Shown: positions 1 to 12,900 of the stretch, in pieces
Layout of the letters: every line of letters begins with the position of its first letter
Numbering within the stretch: position 1 is the stretch's first letter
NCBI GenBank assembly: GCA_035221665.1
Contig: CM069160.1
Coordinates: 4,836,001 to 4,900,000, forward strand
Reading direction: 5' to 3'
DNA length: 64,000 nucleotides
From: Okamejei kenojei
Lineage: Eukaryota
The notes under the pieces: generated by a model
The model's database searches: none
The model's input: only the letters and a program-made list of their open reading frames with translations
What the model was told of the DNA's origin: nothing
Program-made: the position numbers and the translations under genes

Positions 1-72
1 ATATCTTTCACTCATTGTTCCTTATCTCTCCACATCACCGTCTATATCTCTCGTTTCCCTGATCCCTGACCA

Positions 73-104
73 GTCTGAAGAAGGGTCTCGACCCGAAACG
101 TCGC
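73..104 (+). ncRNA. Minimal hammerhead-ribozyme-like motif in a Penelope terminal repeat
   Basis: CTGAAGA (75-81), an extra A, stem GGGTC-TC-GACCC, then GAAAC-GTC (95-102). Stem I is only about 2 bp, so activity is uncertain. Confidence 0.55.
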
Positions 105-695
105 CTATCTCCTTCGCTCCTTAGATGCTGCTGCACCCGCTGAGTTTCTCCAGCTTTTTGTGTACCCTCGATTCTCCAGCATCTGCAGTTCCTTCTTTAA
201 AACATTAGGAGCAATTAGCAGCACAAGAATGGAGCGGTATCTGAAACGTAATTACAGTTCCAGGCGACTACGCCCTGCCATTCCATTCCATTTGCTATAG
301 AGTGCGAAAAAACAAAGTGCTGTAGTAACTCAGCAGGTCGGGTAACATCCCTGGAGGACATTGACAGGCGCTGTTTCAGTTTGGGATCCTACTTCAGACT
401 GACAATTAGTCACCTATCCTTTTTCTCCAAAGATGCTGCTCGACCCGTTGAGTTACTCCAGCGCTTTGTGTCTATCGTCGCCTTTCTATGCTCCCCGGAG
501 TTGCGACCTGACCTGCTGAGTTACCCCAGCACTTTGTGTCTTTTTCTTTGTTGTAAATCGGCATCAACTCTTCCTCGTGTCTCCATTGCAGTCAATTGTT
601 TCGTGCTGGTCCAATGGCATCGCTCGACAACTGGTGACGACCCGTCGTATTTTGATTCTGATTGCATGATGAGATCCTGCCTTGATGTTGGTGAA

Positions 696-794
696 AAAGG
701 GTCTGAAGGAAGGGTCTGGACCCGAAACGTCGCCTATCTCCTTCGTTCCTTAGATGCTGCTGCACCCGCTGAGTTTCTCCAGCCTTTTGTGTAC
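696..794 (+). mobile_element. Short Penelope terminal-repeat insertion with a 16-bp target-site duplication
   Basis: ccttgatgttggtgaa at 680-695 and 795-810 flanks a copy of the 73-165 repeat. Confidence 0.8.
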
Positions 795-854
795 CCTTGA
801 TGTTGGTGAAGTTTGGCTCAGTTGCTGCTGTTGATGCGAGAGGTTGTGCATGAA

Positions 855-906
855 ATGGTTCTGTTCATCTTGCTGAGTTTCTTCTGTGTACAAGGGACTC
901 AAGCCG
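855..906 (+). CDS. MHC class I exon 1 (signal peptide [18 protein letters not shown])
   Basis: ATG in good context (gaaATGg), a hydrophobic 17-aa leader ending T-Q-A, and a consensus donor G|GTAAGT. Phase 1 matches the alpha1 acceptor. Confidence 0.8.
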
Positions 907-3900
907 GTAAGTTAATGATTCTCATTTTATTCGCAACTGGCTGAAAGCGTCTTGACTTTATCTCAATCTGGACAGGAGGTGACTCAGGTTAAAAATGCTC
1001 GCGTTAGTCTGAGGTACATGCGGAGGTTAAAAGGGTTTAATCTCCCGTCTTTCAGTACAATCCAGACTGGAATTTCTGCTTTGATTTGCACCATGCCCCG
1101 TTTCATTTGAGGAAGAAAGAACTGCAGATATTAGTTTAAACTGATTTTAACTCGTGTAAAACAAACAGGAGCGAGGCACTCACTAGAGTTTCCTCGATGC
1201 TCCGCTCTTGCTCTCCCTTCCCCCCTTCGTAACAAGGACAGAGTCCCCCTTGTCCTCACCTCCCACCGCATCGTCCGTCCCACACAGCATATAATCCTCC
1301 ATCATTTTTGCCACCTCCAACAGGATCCCACTACTAGCCACATCTTCCCATCTCCACCTCTTTCTGCTTTCAGTGGAGACCGTTCCCTCCGAAATTCCCT
1401 GGTCAACTAGTCCTTTTCCACCCAAACCGCCCTCTCCCCAGGTACTTTCCCCTGCAACCGTAAGAGATGCAACACGTGTCCCTTTCCCTCCCCCCCTCGA
1501 CTCCATCCAAGGACCCAGTCTTTCCAGGTGAGGCAGAGGTTCACTTGCACCTCCTCCAACCTCATCTACTGTATCCGCAGTTGCAGGTGGCAACCTCTCT
1601 ACATCAGCGAGGCCAAGCGCAGGCTCGGCAATCATTTTGCTGAACTACTCTGCTCAGTCCATCTGAACCTACCTGATCTCCTGGTTGCTCAGCACTTCAA
1701 CCTCTCCTCCCATTCCCAATCTGACCTTTCTGTCCTGGGCCTCCTCCATTGTCAGAGTGAGGCCCAGTGCAAATTGGAGGAACAGCACCTCGTATTTCGC
1801 TCGGGTAGTTTACAACCAAGCGGCATGAACATTGACTTCTCTAACTTTAAATAGCCCTTGCTTTCCCTCTCTATCCCCTCCCCCTCCCCAGTTCTCCCAC
1901 CAGTCTTACTGTCTTCGACTACATTCTACCTTTGTCCCGTTCACTCCCCTGACATCAGTCTGCAGAAGGGTCTCGACCCGATAGGTCGCCAATTACTTCT
2001 CTCCAGAGATGCTGCCTGCCTGCTGAGTTACTCCAGCATTTTGTGTCTACCTTCGAGTTAAACCAGCATCTGCCGTTCTTTCCTACACAAAGTGCATTGT
2101 TTGACAGGTTCAAGTTCATGGCCAAATGTCGGAAGAGAGTGCGGCACAAGTAGAATGCAAAATCAGTAAAAGATTAGCACAATCACTAAAGATTAGCAAA
2201 GTCAAATGTGGGTCCTTTGAAGGTTGACACAGGTGAAATTATTATGGGCAACAAGGAAATGGCAGAAGAGTTGAATAGGTACTCCGGATCTGTCTTCACT
2301 AAGGAAGACACAGACAATCTCCCAGATGTACTGGAGGACATTTTCATTAGGTGTGAAATAGTATTGGGTAGGGTAATGGCACTGAAGGATGATAAATCCC
2401 CTGGGCCTGATGGTCTGCATCCCAGGGTCCTCAGGGAGGTGGCACTGGAAATAGTGGACGCATTGGTGATCATTTTCCAATGTTTAATAGATTCAGGATC
2501 AGTTCCTGTGGTTTGGAGGATAGCTAATGTTATCCCACTTTTCAAGAAAGGAGCGAGAGAGAAAACGGGGAATTACAGACCAGTTAGACTGACTTCGGTG
2601 GTGGGAATGATGCTGGAGTCAATTATTAAAGGGGTAATAATGGGGCATTTGGATAGCAGTAAAAGGATTAGTCCAAGTCAACATGGATTTATGAAAGGGA
2701 AATCATGCTTGACCAATCTTCTGGAATGTTTCACACACTGTGGATTTTGCTATTGACTGAGTGACAATTCTTAGCTCCAAACGTGCGGTCGTCATGTTTA
2801 CGTGGTTCATTAATGATTTGGATAAGGGGATTGAAAGTTTTGTGGCCAGGTTTGCAGATGATGCTAAAATAGGTGGAGGGACAGGCAGTGTAGAGGAAGC
2901 AAGGACTTTGCAGAAGGACTTGTTCAGGTTAGCAGAGTGGGCACAGAGGTGACAGATGAAATTCAGTTTAGCAAAGTGTGGAGACATGCATTTTGGTAAT
3001 AAGAATAAAGGCATAGATTTTTTTACAAATGGAGGGAGAAATCCAGAAATCTGAGGTGCACAGTGACATGGGAGTGTTGGTGCAGGACTGCCAAAGAGTT
3101 AATTTGCAAATTGAATCGGTAGTCAGGAAGGTGATTTATATCAAGAGGGCTGGAATACAAAAACAGAGATGTAATTCTGAGTCTCCAAAAGCACTGGTCA
3201 GGTCACATTTACAGTACAGTGTGCAACTTTGGGCCCTCTATCAGAGGAAGGATGTGCTGGCTCTGGTTCAGAAGAGGTTTACAAGAATGATTCCATGAAT
3301 GAGTGGGTTAGCATATGATGAGCGTTTGATAGCACTGGGCCTCTACTCGCTGGAGTTGAGAAGGTTCAGGGGAGAACCTCATTGAAATTTACAGAATAAT
3401 GAAAGGCATAGATAGAGTGGATGTGGAAAGAATGTTTCCACTGGTGGGTGAGTCTAGGACCAGAGGTCATGCCTCAGAATTAAAGGATGCTCTTTTAGAA
3501 AGGAGGTGAGGAGGAATTTCTTTAATCAGAGGGTAGTTAATATGTGGAACTCATTGCCACAGAGGGCTGTGGGGGCCACATTGGTGGATTTTTTTAAGGC
3601 AGAGATCGACACATTTTTGATTAGAACGGGTTATCATGAGGAGAAGGCAGGAAAATGGGATTAGGAGGCACAGATCAGCCATAATCGCATGGTGGAGTAG
3701 ACTCGATGGGCCGAATGGCCTAATTCTACTCCTGTAATGTGAACGTGTACAGGTTAGGAGAGTGGGAAGAGAAGTGGCAGATGAAATTCAGTTTAGCAAA
3801 GTGTGAAGACATGCATTTTGGGTATAAGAATAAAGCGTAGATTATTTTACAAATGGAGAGAGAATCCAGAAAGCGGAGGCGCATAGTGACATGGGAGTAT

Positions 3901-6900
3901 TGGTGCAGGACTCCCAAAAGGTTAATTTGCAAATTGAATCCATAGTCAGGAAGGTGATTTATATCAAGAGGACTGGAATACAAAGCCAGAAAACGCCACC
4001 ATGTCGCCCGATTTGTAAGAGTGTCAAAGGTCACAGGGAGATGACAGGAGAATGGCGTTGAGAGGGAACGATAAGTCAGCTATTATTTAAATTGTGGAGT
4101 AAACTCCATGGGCTGAACAACCAAATTCTGCACTTTATGAAGTGAGTCAAAGTTCAGAACATGAGGGATGATCTTTTTATTTCTCCCCAGACTGGTGTGC
4201 CTGGAACCAAAATTCACAGTTTAAAAATAAGAGTTCAGACATTCTTATGGCACCAAAACATGGTAACACTTGTGTATTGTGTGTCTCTGTGACTATATGT
4301 GTGGAGAATGCTTTGAAAATAAGAGTAGGCAAAAGGGCATTCCAAATGATGGGATGCACATGTCATTGTAAAGGGGGCCCTCAAATTATTGATCTGTAAA
4401 ATGCTAAATCCTTCTATCCAGGGATGCTGCCTGTTCCACTGCGTTACTCCAGCATTTTGTCTCGCTCTTTGGTGTAAACCAGCATCTGCAGTTCCTTCCT
4501 ACATACACACAAGAAGGATTCCAACAATGGGTTCTGTTTGTATGGAGTTTATACGTTCTTCCTGTGACCGCTCGGGTTTCCTCTGGGTGCTCCGGTTTCC
4601 TCCCAAGTTCCAAAGACGTGTGGGTTTGTAGGTTTATTAGCCTCTGTAAATTGCCCTGAGTGTGTAGGATGTGAAACAGGGAAAACATAGAACTAGTGTA
4701 TGGGTGATTGATGGTCAGTGCAGGCTCAGTGGGCAGAAAGGCCTGTTTCCATGCTGCATCTGTTAAAAAAAGATTGGTGAGCATGATACCAGAATTCAAA
4801 CGTGACGGAAAAACCAACACATTTTAGTTTGTACCCACAAGAACACCCAAGAATGTTTTTATTCAAAGAGAACAACAAAGTAATAAAGATTTGCAGGTAC
4901 AAAGTCCAACTGTGAGCATTGCTTAATCTAATCTTATACTTACACAGGGAGGCTGTCCCATTGAGGGGTATGAGAACAAAGGGGGAACTGAGGGGGTGGG
5001 GATGCCACCAAGAATGAAGGGGGAACTGGTGGGGGTGGGGTCTGCTGCCATGTGCGGCAACAGGCAGTGGAGAGGACTGTTCGGTGCTTTTGTAACTTTG
5101 TCTGTGCCAACACTTAGCGACACATTTGTACTGCCTAGGTTCAGCTTAGTTTATTGTCACGTGTACCGAGGTAAAGTGAAAAGCTTTTTGTTGCGTGCTA
5201 ACCAGTCAGTAGAAAGACAATACATGATTACAATCAATGCATTTACAGTGTAGGGATACATGATAAGGGAATAATGTTTAGTGCCAGGTGAAGCCAGCAA
5301 AGTCCGGTCAAGGATAGACTGAGGTTGTGTGGAAAACAAAGCATTTCACTATACCCAGGTACCCTAGGTACATGTGACAATACAGTATCATTCATTCTTT
5401 CCTTCATTCATCGGTCCTATTCCCCCCACCTTATTTTCCATAGAACACAGTCACCCATGGTCGCCAATGCTCCTTTGATTTTTTTTTTGCCATTAACCAG
5501 TGTTGAGCTGGTTAATGGGTTTTGTGAAATACAGCACAGTGGTGCAATGGTAGAGAACTGCTGCCTCATACTGCCAGAGACCCAGGTTCAATCCTGACCT
5601 CGGGTCTGTCTATGTGGAGTTTGCACGTTTTCGCTGTGACTGCGTGAGCTTCCTCCGGGTGCTCCGGTTTCATCCCACACCGCAAAGGCATGCAAGTTTG
5701 TAGATTAATTTGCCTATGTAAATTGCCCCGAGTGTAATGAGTGGACGAGAATGTGGAATAACTAGAGTGAATGGAAGATCAATGGTCAGCATGGACTCAG
5801 TGGGCTGAAGGGCCCATTACCATGCTGTAACTATAAACTAACCTAAAGACCAATAAAATTACTGATGTGTTGCAAGTGGCTGGATTCAAAACTATTTAAT
5901 CTACTGAAGACGGGTTCAGACTGAAAAAATTACCTGTCCATTCCATCCACAGATGCTGCCTGACTCATTGAGTTCCTCCAGTATTTCATTGCTCAGGATT
6001 CCAACATGTCTCTATATAATCTACTTGTTTGAACAGCACTGTTGTTTGGTATTAATGTGATATTTTTGCATTAGAATTTCATGATGAAATGTTCATACCT
6101 TGAACAAAGGGCAGTCACGGTGGTGCAGCACGAGACAGTGAATGTAGTGCCGGAGACCCGGGTTAGATCCCGATGTCTGTACGGAGTTCGTACGTTCTCC
6201 CCGTGACCTGCGTAGATTTCCCTGAGATCTTTGGTTTCCTCCCCCATTCCAGTGTAGGTTTGTAGGTTAATTGGCTTGGTAAATGTAAAAAATGTCCCTA
6301 GTGAGCGTTAACGTGCGGGGATCACTGGTCAGCACAGACCTGGTGGGCCAAAGGGCCTGTTTCCGCACTGTATCGCGAAACATAGCCATGTTGAACATTG
6401 TTGAAAAGCATAGTAAAAGCCTTGTCCCACTGTACGAGTTCATTCAAAGAGTTCTCCCGAGTTTGGCCTGATTCGAACTCGGAGATTTACGGTGATGGCC
6501 ACTCGTCAGTACTCGGGGCTCTCGTGGACATTTTTCAACATGTTGAAAAATTTGCACGAGTCTTCCCGAGCTTACCTGCCGTTAGCATGTCTTCCCGAGT
6601 ACCTGCCGTTAGCATTACGAGCCGCTAAGAGACGTCCCCGAGGTCCGACGTACTCGCTACGTTCATTCTCCGTGCTTCTCACGAGTTAGATTTTTTTAAA
6701 CTCGTGAGAGTTCTTGAATGAACTCGCATCGTGGGACAGGGCCATAATTCATTAATGCTTGCAAGAATAGTAATGTTAAAATTGACTTTAGTAAAATACA
6801 GAAAATGCTTTGCAATATGCAGCAAGTCATATATGGGAAGGAAAGCAGAGCTAGTGTTTCACGCCAGAGACCCTTCAGGACCGGGAAGGAGTAGAAAGAA

Positions 6901-9900
6901 GAATTGAGGAACTGAAGATGCTGGTTAACAAAAAAAAGACACAGTGTTGGAATAACTCAGTGGGACGGGCAGCATTACTGGAGAACGTGGGGTGGTGATG
7001 ATTCAGGTCAGGACCATTCTTCAGACTGATTGTGGGGATAAATAAAGCTGGCATGGAATAAAAATATACATCAATCATAATTGATTTAAATGGCACACAG
7101 GATGCCAGGTTTTATTTGCACTCTATTTGTAGACACAGAACAAAGCTGCACAAGGCAGGATGTACAGGACGGAACTGCTGATGCTGGTTTAAACCGAAGA
7201 TAGACACAAAGCTGGAGTAACCTTGTGGGACAGGCAGCATCTCTGGAGAGAAGGAATGGGTGACGTTTCGGGTCGAGACCCTTCTTCAGATCCTTTGTCT
7301 CCTTTTCACCTCTAGCCGTTGCCACTTACTCCACCCATCTACTTATCAAAATCCGTTGTCATGTCGGACCAGCTTCTCGTTTTCACCTAAAAAATAACTT
7401 ACAATGGCCTGTTTCCTTTATCATCGTTACTTTTTTGCATATCTTTCATTCATTGTTCTTTATCTCTCCACATCATTGCCTATATCTCTTGTTTCCCTTA
7501 TCCTCAACTAGTCTGAAGAAGAATCTTGACCTAAAAAGTCACCCATTCCTTCTCTCCAGGGATGCTGCCTGGCCCGCTGAGTTGCTCCAGCATTTTATGT
7601 CTTATCACCTGTATCACTTGCCAGGCTTTTTCCCAGCCCCACCTCTCTTTTTCAGCTTTCTATTACAATCAGTCTGAAGAAGTGTCTGACCCAAACATCA
7701 TCTGTCCATTTCAGACTGCAGGAGTACGTGCTGAGTGGACAAAATCGCTCCAGATATTACCTGACCTGCTGCGTTCCAGCAGCTCTTTGTGTTTTGCAGT
7801 GGATAGTATATATGATGTGAATATTGGTGGTTTGATTACTAGGTTGCAGATGACATGTACATCGATGTATTCATAAACATTGAAGAAGGTTGTCTATGGA
7901 TACAGTGGGATACAGATTATCTAGAGAGCTGCATGGAGCAATAGCAGAAGGAATGTAATCCAGACATGTGTGAAGTTGTGTGCATCGGCCTGTTATGTCC
8001 TTGGGTTGCAGGTTCATAGTTACCTGAAAACACCAACAAGGGTAGACAGGAAAGCAAAGAATGCACTTTGGCATGCTTTTCCGCTTAGACATAGAAACAT
8101 ATAAAATTGGCACAGGAGTAGGCCATTTGGCCCTTCAAGCAGCACCAACATTCAATATGGTCATGGCTGATCAACCAGAATCAGTACCCCGTTCCTGCTA
8201 TCTCCCCATATCCCTTGATTCCGTTAACCCTAAGAGCTAACTCTCTCTTGAATACATTCAGTGAATTGGTCTCCGCTGCCTTCTGTGGCAGAGAATTCCA
8301 CAGATTCACAACACTCTGGGTGAAAAGGTTTTCCCCCATCTCAATCCTAAATGGTCTTCCCTTTATTTTCCTGCATCTAGCCTGTCAAATCCCTTAATAG
8401 TTTTCGGTGTTTCTATAAGATCCCCTCTCATCCTTCTGAATTCCAGTGAATATAAGCCCAGTTGATTCATTATTTTATCATATGTCAGTCCTACCATCCC
8501 GGGAATTAACCTGGTGAACTTTGCTGCATTCCCTCAATAGCAAGAATGTCCTTCTTCAAACTAGGAGACCAAGACTGCACACAATACTCCAGGTGCTGTC
8601 TCACCAGGGCCCTGTATAACTGATAGACTCAGTCATCAAGTATATGAGTTGAGAAATCAAACAAAACATTGGTTAGGCTGCACATGGAGTGTTGTGTAGA
8701 GTTCTGGTCGCTCCACTACTAATGTTACTGTGCGGGGATCACTGGTCGGCTGTGGGCCGAAGGGCCTGTTTCTGCAATGTATCTCTAAACTAAAAAGGAT
8801 GTGATGGCATCAAAAATAGTGCAAAAGGGTTTTGCCAGGTTGTTGCCTGGAATAAAGGTCTGTGGTTATGTGAAGAGATTTGATAGGCTGCATTTATTCT
8901 CACTGGAATGCAGGAGTGAAATAATGAAGGCTATAGATACTGTAGTGTCGGAAGGATATTCAGATGCTGGTTTAAACCGAAGAAAGACACAAAAAGCTGG
9001 AGTAACTCAGTGGGACAGGCAGCATCACTGGAGAGAAGGAATTAGTGACATTTCGGCTCAAGACCCTTTTTATTCAGGTTGAGACATATCTTCAGGAAGG
9101 ATCTACAGATGCTGGTTTACACCGAAGACAGACATAAAATGCTGGAGAAACTCAGCAGGACAGGCAGCATCACTGGAGAGAAGGAATGAGTGACGTTTCT
9201 AAACATCATCCATTCCTTCTCTCCAGAGTTGCTGCCTACCCTACTGAGTTACTCCAGCATTTTGTGTCTATCTTTGGGGTATAGTTAGGATAGAGAGTAA
9301 CTCTTTCCCAGGGCAGTGGAGACTAGAACTGGAGGTTTAACGTGATGGGAGAGAAATGTCAAGGGGATCTGAGCAGACATGTCTCACCGCAGTAGTTATC
9401 TGGAATGAGCTGCAGGGGAGATGGTCGAGGCAGACATAATCACAATGTCTATAAAACATTTGGACTTTTGGTAGGAAAGTCAGGGAGGGATAAGGGCATA
9501 ATTCATGTAATTGCAGATAAACATCTCGGTCAGCATAGACAAGATTGGGCAAAAGGGCCTGTTTTATATGCTGCATGATTCAGTTTATTTTAAGATTATT
9601 TCTGTGGTTTTCATGTTGCTATCTCTATTAGCCAGAATAAGCACTGAAAATGACTATCAAGCAGGCTGTACCAGAGAGATCACTGCTTGAACCAAAGGAA
9701 GTGAGATATGTAAAATAGGTTCTTTAGTTTTTTTTAGTTTAGCTATACAGTGTGGAAGCAGGCCTTTTGGCCCACCGAGTCTGTACCGGCCAGCGACTAA
9801 CCCGCACACTAACACTATTCTATGCAAACGAGGGACAATTTTACACATGCATCAAGCCAGTTAACCTACATTCCTGCACGTCTTTGGAGTGTGGGAGGAA

Positions 9901-12900
9901 ATCGAAGATTTCGGCGAAAATCCACGCAGGTCACGGGGAGAACGTACTAACTCCGTACAGACAGCACCCACAGTCAGGATTGAAACCGGGTATCTGGCAC
10001 TGCAAACACTGTAAAAGGCAGCAACTGTGCCACTGTGCCGTCCTTATTGGTAACTTTATGTGATCTTATTTTGTTAGGATGCAAATTCTATGGGAATGCT
10101 TTCTCAAAGAGATAGATAATGATGTTAGAAATAACGAACTGCAGATGCTGGTTTGTACCAAAGTGTGTCACAAAATGCTGGAGTAACTCAATGGGTCAGA
10201 CAGAATCTCTGTAGAGAAAGGATGGGTGATGCTGGGTGAAGCTTCAGGTTGGGACCCTTCCTCAGACTGATGCTTCGGGTTTGGGGCCCTTCTTCAGACT
10301 AACCCTGCATGAGACTGAAGTAGGGTCTTGACACGAAGTGCCATCCAGTCTTTTTCTCCAGAGATGCTGCGGTCTTGGTGAGTTACTTTAGCACTTAGTG
10401 TCTAAGGTTGATAATGAGTTGTTCAATCCTGATTTTTTTTTTTTGTGATGTTAATTTCTGCACGTTCACAGGGCAGACTGTGAGAGTAAACAGTTGAATA
10501 ACTAGTCGAGCAGGAAATGTGTGGTATTTGAGGAAGTGTGAATGTGGGGCCTCACCGGTGAGATGATAGGGGAACTCCCTGACAAAGGAGAATGTGGTGA
10601 ACTATCAGAAAGTCACCAGGAGGTCATATCAAAGCAGAAGTTAAATGTTACATTGATAATTTTAGAGCCTGCTCTTGATGTACTGGCATGATGCAATCCG
10701 ATGTGGGCAACTTACTGTATATTGCAGCTCAAAATGATATAGAGATACAGCATGGGAACTGGCTCTTCAGCCCACCAGGTCCACGCTGAACAGCGATCCC
10801 CATACAGTAGCAATATCCTATAGACTAGCAACAATTTATAATCTTTACCAAAGCCTATTAAACTACAAACACGTCTTTGGAGTGTGGGAGGAAACTGGAG
10901 CACCCAGGGAAAACCCACAGGTCGAACGTAAAAACTCCACACAGACAGCACCCATGGTCAGGATTGAACCTGGCGGTCTCTTGTGCTGTAAGGCAGTAAC
11001 TCTACCGCTGTTCCACCGTCACCCTTTTGTGGGGGATCATGACAGAAGCCTCCTCGTGGCGATCCCTGGAACCGACGACACGATGCACTCTGTGACGCGT
11101 CGGGCGACCAATTCTGTCAACATGTTGGACGACGACAGGAGCCAACAGCGAGCTACATGTCGTCTGACACACGAGTGAATGAACCCCTGTTAGACTAATC
11201 AACTGAAGGTTACGACATAAATATGATGTGATGCAACTAATTGGGCGTGCAGCATAGAGAGTGCAGCACAGAAACAAGCCCTTTGACCCATCAAGTCCAT
11301 GCTAACCTTTTTGGTTCCTGATCTCTTTTTATCTTCCTGATATTTCCAATACCTACCCCTAGATTTTACTATTTAACGACACATGGAGTAATGTATGGTG
11401 GCCTGTGAACCAAATAACTGCCGTGACTTACATTTGTGGGTGGAATATCTGAATATCATATTATTTCCAAATGTTGATCAGTAAGGGCGGCACAGTGGGG
11501 CTGTGATAGAGTTGCTGCCTTAAAGTGCCAGTGCCCCAGGTCCGATCCTGACTATGGGTGCTGTCTGTAGGGAGTTTGTACATTCTCCTCATGACCAGTG
11601 TGGGTTTTCTCCAAGATCTTCACTTTCCTCCCACACTCCAAAGACGTACAGGTTTGTAGGTTAATTGGCTTGGTATAAATGTAAATTCTCCTTCGTGTGT
11701 AGGATAGTGTTAACGTGTGGACTCGTGCTGAAGGGCCTGTTTCCACACTGTATGTCTAAGCTAAACTAAAATAACCTAAGTTAGCTTGACATTTAAAATC
11801 ATATACAGCATAGAAACAGGCCCTTCAGCCCACCTTATCTATGCCGGCCAAGATGCCCCATCTACCCTTGACCCACCTACCTATATTTTAGCTTAATTTA
11901 ATTTATTATTAATGTCACGTGAAAATGTTTCGTGTTTGCTATCCAGTCAGTGAAAAGACTACATTACAATGAAGCCGTTCACAATATATAGATACAGGAT
12001 AAAGGCTATCATGTGCAGTGCAAATTAAGTCCAATTGGTGTTTTGCCGATTTCCCCCCAAACCTTTCCTATCCATAGAAATTTCTATTGCTTGACAATAA
12101 TTGTATTCTTTTATTTGTGTCTAGGGCCTCACACACTGATCTATTACTACACCCTGAACCACGGGAGTACTCATCTACCAGAATATAGTGTGGTGGGTGT
12201 TCTGGACGGTTGTGAGATACAGTATTATGACAAAAACATGGCCATTACAGTTCCAAGACAGAAATGGATGGCGGCTGCATTTGACAGGAGATACTGGGTA
12301 ACAAATACGGTTTCCGAAAATGGTTTCCATGGAATCATCAAAGGGCAAGTCGACGAGTGGATGCGGAGGCATAACGAAACAACAAGTTAGTTCATTCATT
12401 TGAATAAATTTGGATTGTGATCAATGTTAATAAAAAAATCTCTCAGAAATACCTCGCTGTGCCAGAGATCCAGGTTAGATCCTGACCTCGAGCAAGTTTA
12501 CACGTTCTCCCTGTGACCACACATATTTCCTCCAGGTGCTCCAGTTTTGTCCTATATCGTGTAAATGTGCAAGTTTGTAGGTTAATTGGGCTCTGTAAAT
12601 TGTTCTCGTTGTGCTCGTTGGGTGAGAATGTGGATAACATACTGTAGATGTGTAGGATTGAACTGCAGATGCTGGTTTACAGCACAGACACAAAATGCTG
12701 GAGTAACTCAGCGGGACAGGCAGCATCTCTGGATAGAAGACTCTTTGCATACCTTGGGTATTCATTATGAACACATATTCATCTATTCATGTTTCATGAT
12801 TAATTACTTTTTAAGACATTGCTTTTTGTTACCTCTTTGGTTACACATGAAACAAATTATATTTAATGTTTGACTCTGGACAGGGTAAGGTGTGTACGAT

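Noticed and set aside
5535-5600. tRNA-like A/B-box sequences here and at many other sites
   Set aside because: They are SINE heads that continue into the SINE body, with no complete cloverleaf.
12013-12390. ORF-track starts for class I pieces (12013, 19975, 25270) and for the GPCR (50970)
   Set aside because: These ORF ends do not match exon boundaries. Splice sites in consistent phase define the real coding limits.
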